Shown here: positions 56,250-64,000 of the stretch, in pieces
Numbering within the stretch: position 1 is the first letter of the stretch
Layout of the letters: each line of letters begins with the position of its first letter
Assembly (NCBI GenBank): GCA_964016885.1
Contig: OZ024746.1
Span: 14,384,001-14,448,000 of the forward strand
Length of the DNA stretch: 64,000 nucleotides
Source of the DNA: Eledone cirrhosa
Taxonomy: Eukaryota
Reading direction: 5' to 3'
Notes under the pieces: generated by a model
The model's input: only the letters and a program-made list of their open reading frames with translations
What the model was told of the DNA's origin: nothing
The model's database searches: none
Translations under genes and position numbers: made by a program

Positions 56250-56325
56250 CTTGCTGACTGAGGAACCTATGGATGTTACACCCGCACATTTCTGTGGCGA
56301 AACGAACTAAATTCGTATCAGCAAG
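56250..56325 (+). ncRNA. Type I hammerhead ribozyme with complete stem III
   Basis: cttgctga-CTGAGGA-acctatggatgt...acatttctgtggc-GAAA-cgaa-ctaaa-ttcg-TA-tcagcaag; perfect 8-bp stem I, 5-bp stem III, GUA triplet. Confidence 0.85.
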
Positions 56326-56480
56326 CTTATAGTTATAAGGTTAGTAATTTAAAACTCTACTTCCGAGATTTGATTCTGACTTAGTTTTTTCTATTTAATT
56401 GCTAACGGTTAAACTCACATGTAATAATTCTTTACACACATCTCACTGTGTAACACACTTCTCTCTGTGTAATATATATA

Positions 56481-56536
<56 letters not shown>

Positions 56537-58904
56537 ATTAATAAAGGTGTATATGAAAACATATACAGGGTGAAAAGTTCATTGGCTAACTATGAAGAAA
56601 TGATGCTAAAGCTGTGAAATCTTGCATGCATGAATTTCTGTGAAGAACGCCTATTCCTGAGTCTAAGGAACTCACATGGCAAGCTTGAACGTGATTGGTC
56701 CGCTTGTTTTTAAGTGCATTGGAGACAAACAGACAAACAAACGAGGTATTTTATATAGATATCAGTGAAAATGTTAATTATTCTTACAAGTTGAAATTTA
56801 TAGCAACAAATACTAGTTTCAAACATTAAATTCTATAATGACTTTACGATAGATCCGTTATATTTACTGTATAAACTAAAATTAATTACGACAAAAAATT
56901 CGTTGAAATTAAATATGTAATGAAATACTGGAAATTATATATAATAATTCATATTTATATATTACACGAACTTATTAGATACCAAAAATATATGTTCGCA
57001 ACTATCATATAGTTACAAATAACTCATTTAATTTTGTAAAAATAAATTTCAAGTTAAATATAATACAATGAAATTCATTTTAATTTTTTATTGAAACTGT
57101 ATACTTTCGTTTGGATTTGTATCAGATTTTTGTAGTTGTTTGCAGGAAAGCATTACACTTTTTAGAATACAATAGATGACACAATTGGAAATATCTTCAC
57201 ACATACATATATACAAGCATTTATTATTTATTTCTATACATAGAAATGTAAAAGCTTTTCATGAAATAAGGTTGTTAATATCTTCTTCGAACTGTTTCGT
57301 TACTCTATGTTAACAAATGTATGACTGCATAAAAACTAATATTTCATACAAATCAGTTTTGTGATTATAAACAACCTTTTCTTTCATAGTTCCTTTCAAA
57401 TACGTACATAATCAAAATAAACAAACAGCAATAAAGCGCTTACGTATGGACTATTCTTATTTAATATACATTTCTCTTATATTATAATTCAATGTAATTA
57501 ATTCTTTCTCTTAACAAGATTGAAGGATGAGTATGTAGATATCTGAATGCACTCAGACTTACTTATTTTATCAAACTCGTAATTTGTATTCTCGCAAGAA
57601 ACACAAATTAGGCTATTAAATGTATTACATTGCCATGTATTGTCTATTTTTTTATAAACACTACAGTACAATTAATCCAATGTTTGTTTTCTGTCTCTTT
57701 ATTTCCTACAGTTATATCCATCTGGTATTGCTAGCTTAAATCTCAAGCTTAAGCTTGTAACGATAAGTTGAAGTTAAACAAGAAGATGAGCTTATATACA
57801 AATGTTATATGCAGAAAAGATAATAGAATATACCAGTGGAAATATAGTATACGATATAACAAACTGTTTACAAAATTCATTTTTTTAAATTAATATAAAC
57901 ATATGAAATATTCATCTTGGTATTCCAAATTTTGTAGCAATATACACATCATAACTAACCGCATAATAATGTTTAAAACTTAGTGACGCATCGTTGCATT
58001 CAGGTAACCGTTTGAATTCACTGAGTGCACAAATACTTTTTGTGCGTGTAAAAACTTGCTAAATATATGTGTTTTATGAAATATGGTCTGATAAAAATTT
58101 AATTCTAAACTAGCATAACAGCGATTATGACGAGTATGGTTATAAGTTAGTTTATTAAAGAATATTTAACTATTAGAAAATACCCATATTTCAAAGCATC
58201 ACACTGAATAGAAAACTATTTGAATATAACATTGTATATCAGGTTAAAATAATTCAATTTACGGAGCTTTCGTGATTTTACAAATAATTTTATATTACAT
58301 TATTTATAATGTTTATAAATATTTATAAGAATATTTATAACGAAATATAAGATTGATGATAAACTCATTTCGTGTATGATAAACATACGTTAGTGGATTG
58401 TAAATAGTTTATGATATTATTCGTTTCATGATAAATACTTTTCTACACATCGATGAATTTTCTACAAAAACAATAATAATACCATGTAACATTTACTCCT
58501 GCGTTTGTTTGTTTTTTGTATTCTGTTATTTCGAACTATATATATATATATATATAAAACGAAAAATCAGTGATGTATCTGAACTCAATTTATTGTGTTA
58601 CAATTGTTTCGCCGGCGGACAGCTCGAGATGCGATCATTGTGTGGATCTGTCTGATTCTGGACCCGCAGGTTCGACCGACACGTTTAATGATTTCGGAGC
58701 ATATTCTCTCACTGGAGTATCTGACCCAATGGGCAAGTACTGTCAAAAACTTCATCCTCTTCGCGCGTCCAGTGATTGGCCGCTGGTTGTCTACGTCATC
58801 ATAAATTCTGACCACAGGTAACATTCCGCTGTCTCATGCCTGCCACACTTCAATGAATTACTGCTGTGTTTGGTGGTCCACACATCCACGTGCGCACCCA
58901 CACA

Positions 58905-58938
<34 letters not shown>

Positions 58939-59263
58939 ACCACATAGATACCGACAGTCGTACGCATAGACTCCCGCACATTAAGGAGAACATATAAACA
59001 TATAAACATATAAACATATAAACATACGCATACATTCATCCAGAGAGGCACGTGCATACATAGACACATGCCCACGGACCTATATACATCAATACGCACA
59101 CACACATGCTCATACACATGCATACGCGTATGTATACACGTACACACAAACACGTACAGACATGTACGTAGATGCCCCCCCCCCCCCTTCCATCCACGAA
59201 CACACACATATACACACGTACCCATATATACACGCATAGCTACACACTCGCTCGCAAACACGC

Positions 59264-59294
<31 letters not shown>

Positions 59295-59569
59295 AACAAG
59301 CCCTTTCCCTACGGGGGTGCTTGTACATACACACACTGGTCCATATACACTCTTACAAATATTCGCATATTCCCATACACACCCACGTACGCATAAAAAA
59401 TAATTATAATATTATATATATATATATATATACACACACATAAACAAAATATACACACAAAGTCATATAAAGATACACAATGGGTCGTACATGAAAGGAT
59501 GCATCTTGTTATAAACATGTACACATATAAAGAATACATACATACATACAAATATATATATATATATAT

Positions 59570-59861
<292 letters not shown>

Positions 59862-61153
59862 GTATATACATATATATAAAAAAAATATAAAATATAAAAT
59901 ATATTAAAAATATTAAAAATATTAAAAATATAAAAAATATCCATATAACGGCACATAGAGATACACAGTGTGCTGTACATTAAAGGGTGCGCCCAGTTGT
60001 ATGTGTCTACAGAGATGTTGTTACGTTGCGAACATGGATCAATCCACATATGGAATCTTCACGCGAAGCCACATAGTGGGCGTTCATGGTATTACAGTAC
60101 ATAGTATGCGCAGACCGTACAAAGAGAATGCGTGCAGAATATATATATATTAAAAAAAACAGAAGGAACGTGTATGCATATGAGGTAGTACACAAGATAA
60201 GTATGAGATACACACGTGGGTCTGCATACGGAAAATATATAAGGTGTTACAAAAAGGAATACGTAGAAGGTATGCACTCTCTATTGAAAAGATTCACCCG
60301 CAGTGGGGTGCGTGGACGGCCATACTGGAGTATGTCACTGTGGTTGAGATATAGTGTCTTATTGGTGTAAGGCATTTGACCGAATATCAGTGGAATCCGG
60401 GTCAACCTGTCCCGGTTCAGGCGATGTTCTTGCCTAGGGTGACGTGCAAAGTCGGGTGGGCATCCTGGGTTACTTCGGCTTACCCCGCGGGGAATATATA
60501 GTCAACAGGGTATGGTGTCTGATCTCTTGACCCGTTTCGCCGCTCTGGTCGGTGTGCGCTCCGCCGCCTGCTTATAGCTTGGGCTGCTCGGTGTTGCTCT
60601 ATGAATAACTGGGACAAAATAATCGGAATGGATTAGATTGATTCAGTATCAGAGCTATATAATACATTATGAAGAGAGGAGAAACATTAGATATAATTAA
60701 TAAGAAGATATATCATACCTAATCGGTTGAGGTTGGCACCACTAATTCAAAGATATATGTGGATATATTCATGTATATGTATGTGTCCGCATGTATCTGT
60801 GTGTTTCTATATATTGTTTATAACTCCCTTTGGTCGAGTAACCTTTGAAGTGTAGTGACTGCTGGAAAGCTATCATTACTCATACTTCTCACCACCTTAG
60901 CCACCTCTTCTACGGCTTTGATATAAGTACCTAATCCGCCTCCGTGGTATTTTTTCATGGTTATAAGAGGCTTAGTTCTGTTTCTTGACCGCTGTATCAC
61001 GTGATTGACTGCCCCTCCGCCATTCGGGATTCTATCTCGCGTCCTACGGACGTGTTTTGAAACTCTTAATGAGGTATCCTCTTGATAAGTCGGCAGACCT
61101 CACAAAAATTTTATATCTCTCTGATGTAGTGTTTTTGCATAATATGCCACGAA

Positions 61154-61195
<42 letters not shown>

Positions 61196-61198
<3 letters not shown>

Positions 61199-61400
61199 CG
61201 TTTCTGAATTTGTTTAGCAAGATTCTTTATCTGAAAACGTGTGTTGAAACCGATATTGTTATACTTTGGGAGGGTCATGTTGCCAATAAGAAACACACGC
61301 ACCAGTTGCTTTCACTTCAATTTATTATAATAAATTTATAAATTTAGGAATTTATAAATTTATGGTTGGTTGGTTGGTTCTTCAACCAGATGATTGTTTA
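61196..61400 (+). mobile_element. Short element in (TA)n, homolog of 31381-31530
   Basis: Direct sequence match in inverted orientation. Confidence 0.8.
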
Positions 61401-61406
61401 TATATT

Positions 61407-61449
61407 GTCAAAGTTCTTTCGTCACACATTCTGTGACCTCTTCAGTGAC
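61407..61449 (-). ncRNA. Type I hammerhead ribozyme (minimal)
   Basis: Minus: gtca-CTGAAGA-g-gtcaca-gaatg-tgtgac-GAAA-gaac-TT-tgac. Confidence 0.75.
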
Positions 61450-61693
61450 TGGGGATTCTTTTCTTTGTTTTTGTGCCTCTCCTTTGTTCTGTCCTACGCC
61501 AGTTTGTTTTTGTGTGTCACAAAAAAACAAGATGGTGTATATACCTAAATGCACAGGTTTCTAATACTAGTCGCAATAAAGAATAAAGCAACAGCAATCC
61601 TGAAGATGAGAATGTGATGGCCTCGAAAGGTTGACAAAATTATGGACCTAAGAACTTTGTTGTTCCAAACGAACTGTAGAGGACTTATTAGAA

Positions 61694-62129
<436 letters not shown>

Positions 62130-62996
62130 CATAAATAAAGTAGTGAAATTTGCAGAAGGATTAAAATGCCTATCAAACTATCTTAAAATATGATTATTAT
62201 AGCGTTGAACCAAATCAATAATATGAATGTGTGTAAGATACCACTCTTTATTAAAGAAAATTTGAAGTGCGTTGGATTATGGCCGATCCAATTCAATCTT
62301 CACTATACATAAAATATAAGTTATAACTTGAAATTTTGATGAATTCTAAACAGTAAACACATGAGAAAGTTAAATATATAGTGATTATGAGAAATGTAAT
62401 CGAAAATAAAAATAGACAAAGGACAAATAGAAAAGGTCTACTAATAGATGTAAACTTGTATTCCGCAAACATTATGCGGCAGATTCGACATGACAAACAA
62501 CTTACAAACGTGAAGCGACATAATGATTTCAGATAATTTAAGGATTTAAAGATAAAAATAATCAAATGAGTAGTTGTTAGTAACTACTTGTGGGACAGAT
62601 AATATATGATAATATGAAATTAACGAAGCGATGGAAAAGAATATGTGGTTGTATATTAGCGACTGTTGAGGAAATTAAATGAAATGGCAAAGGATTTAAA
62701 TAATTAGATTACCATTAAGATAAAAGATCGCGGTTTTTATGATATTGCTTTTAAATTATTCTTGTGCACTGATATAATACAGCTGCATAGACCTATGTAA
62801 TTGGTAATATACTATTGGTTTATGTGGCAATTAAATTAACGATTATTAATATGGGTGTCCAGAGAAAAGACGATATGATTGAATGCTTTGTTCAGAAAAC
62901 ACTAATATATTAGAAAGACGTATTATGGTGTGTTCTATGAATTATGATGTATTTTTGGTGTGTTTAGACCCATTGTTGTTATTATATATTAATGTA

Positions 62997-63190
62997 GGGC
63001 GGTGGATTGGTGGTATCGGTAGAGCGTCGGACGCCATGCTTTGCAGCAAAGAGTTACGGCCCTTTATAGTCTGAGTTCAAATCCCACCGAGGTTAACTTT
63101 GCCTTTCATCCTTACGGGGTCGATAAAATAAAGTACCAGTAATACACTGTGATAATTGCTGGCCTTGTGCCAAAAGTAGAAACAACTATC
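62997..63190 (+). mobile_element. tRNA-derived SINE, full length
   Basis: Family match; TSD TATTAATGT. Confidence 0.9.
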
Positions 63191-63527
63191 TATTAATGTG
63201 TAATCGATTACAAGGTTTCAGTTAGTATTGACAACGGATGAGTTATTTTGACTTGTAATTTTCTTCAACAAAAGCTTAACTCAATGAAAATGCTTTTATT
63301 CAAGACTTCTACATTCGTTCAACAATATTACGGCGATAATAATATAGTTTGACTGTATGGATTTATTCTAAATTTCCACTGCAGTCTTTATGATCATTCC
63401 TGTGTACAGTCAAGTGAAGTTGATGTCTTTGTGGCAATACCCAAAGTTTAAAAGTACAGGAATTTGTTTTATGTATGTGCGTGTTAGTGTTAGTGTGAGT
63501 CTATCTGTATGTGTGTATGTGTCTGTT

Positions 63528-63599
<72 letters not shown>

Positions 63600-63693
63600 T
63601 GTGTACGTACTTGTGGCTAATGTTTTTCGCTTTCTGCTACATCCGAATAACAATAACAACAAAAATAGTAATAATAATAATCATTATTATTAC

Positions 63694-64000
63694 AATCCCG
63701 CCGAGGTTGACTTTGTCTTTCATCCTTACGGGGTCGATAAAATAAAGTATCAGTAATGCACTGGATAATTGCTGGCCTTGTGCCTAAAGTAGAAACAATT
63801 ATTATTATAATTGGGTGGATTGGCAGTATCAGTAGAGGGTCGGACGCCATGCTTTCCAGCATAGTTACGTCCCTTTACGATCTGAGTTCAAATCCCGCCG
63901 AGGTTGACTTTGCCTTTCATCCTTACGGGGTCGATAAAATAAAGTACCAGTAATGCACTGGATAATTGCTGGCCTTGTGCCTAAAGTAGAAACAGTTATT
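63694..64000 (+). mobile_element. Two tandem SINE copies (truncated 63694-63805; full 63813-63995)
   Basis: Family match, inserted in (TAA/ATT)n-rich sequence. Confidence 0.9.

Noticed and set aside
57685-57800. Strong splice-acceptor-like site (also near 16720 and 17042; donor-like on minus near 33930)
   Set aside because: No recognisable coding exon or consistent exon chain; cannot be supported without transcript data
61596-61640. CTGAAGA...ctc-GAAA hammerhead candidate
   Set aside because: Only a 3-bp stem II, with stems I and III not formed; at best a decayed relic

Overview
AT-rich, microsatellite-dense eukaryotic repeat landscape. The SINE types and repeat content suggest a coleoid cephalopod such as Octopus (inference). 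No host protein-coding gene could be supported, and most long ORFs in the track are artefacts of (TA/CA)n repeats. Real content: (1) a nested array of R4/Dong-like RT+restriction-like-endonuclease non-LTR retrotransposons inserted in (TACA)n at 36.2-41.9 kb, including one long uninterrupted but 5'-truncated ORF; (2) five tandem copies plus one diverged copy of a ~610-bp non-coding RTE-derived element, also in (TACA)n but in the opposite orientation; (3) Penelope-like (Naiad-type) RT/GIY-YIG relics; (4) many short fold-back elements in (TA)n tracts, with about 15 hand-folded type I hammerhead ribozymes and several decayed ones; (5) a covarying bulged stem-loop shared by otherwise unrelated (TA)n-inserted families, the most novel-looking signal here; (6) about 10 copies of a tRNA-derived SINE, plus CRE, RTE, Helitron-like and MITE-like relics. 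All structures were folded by eye and no database search was run.
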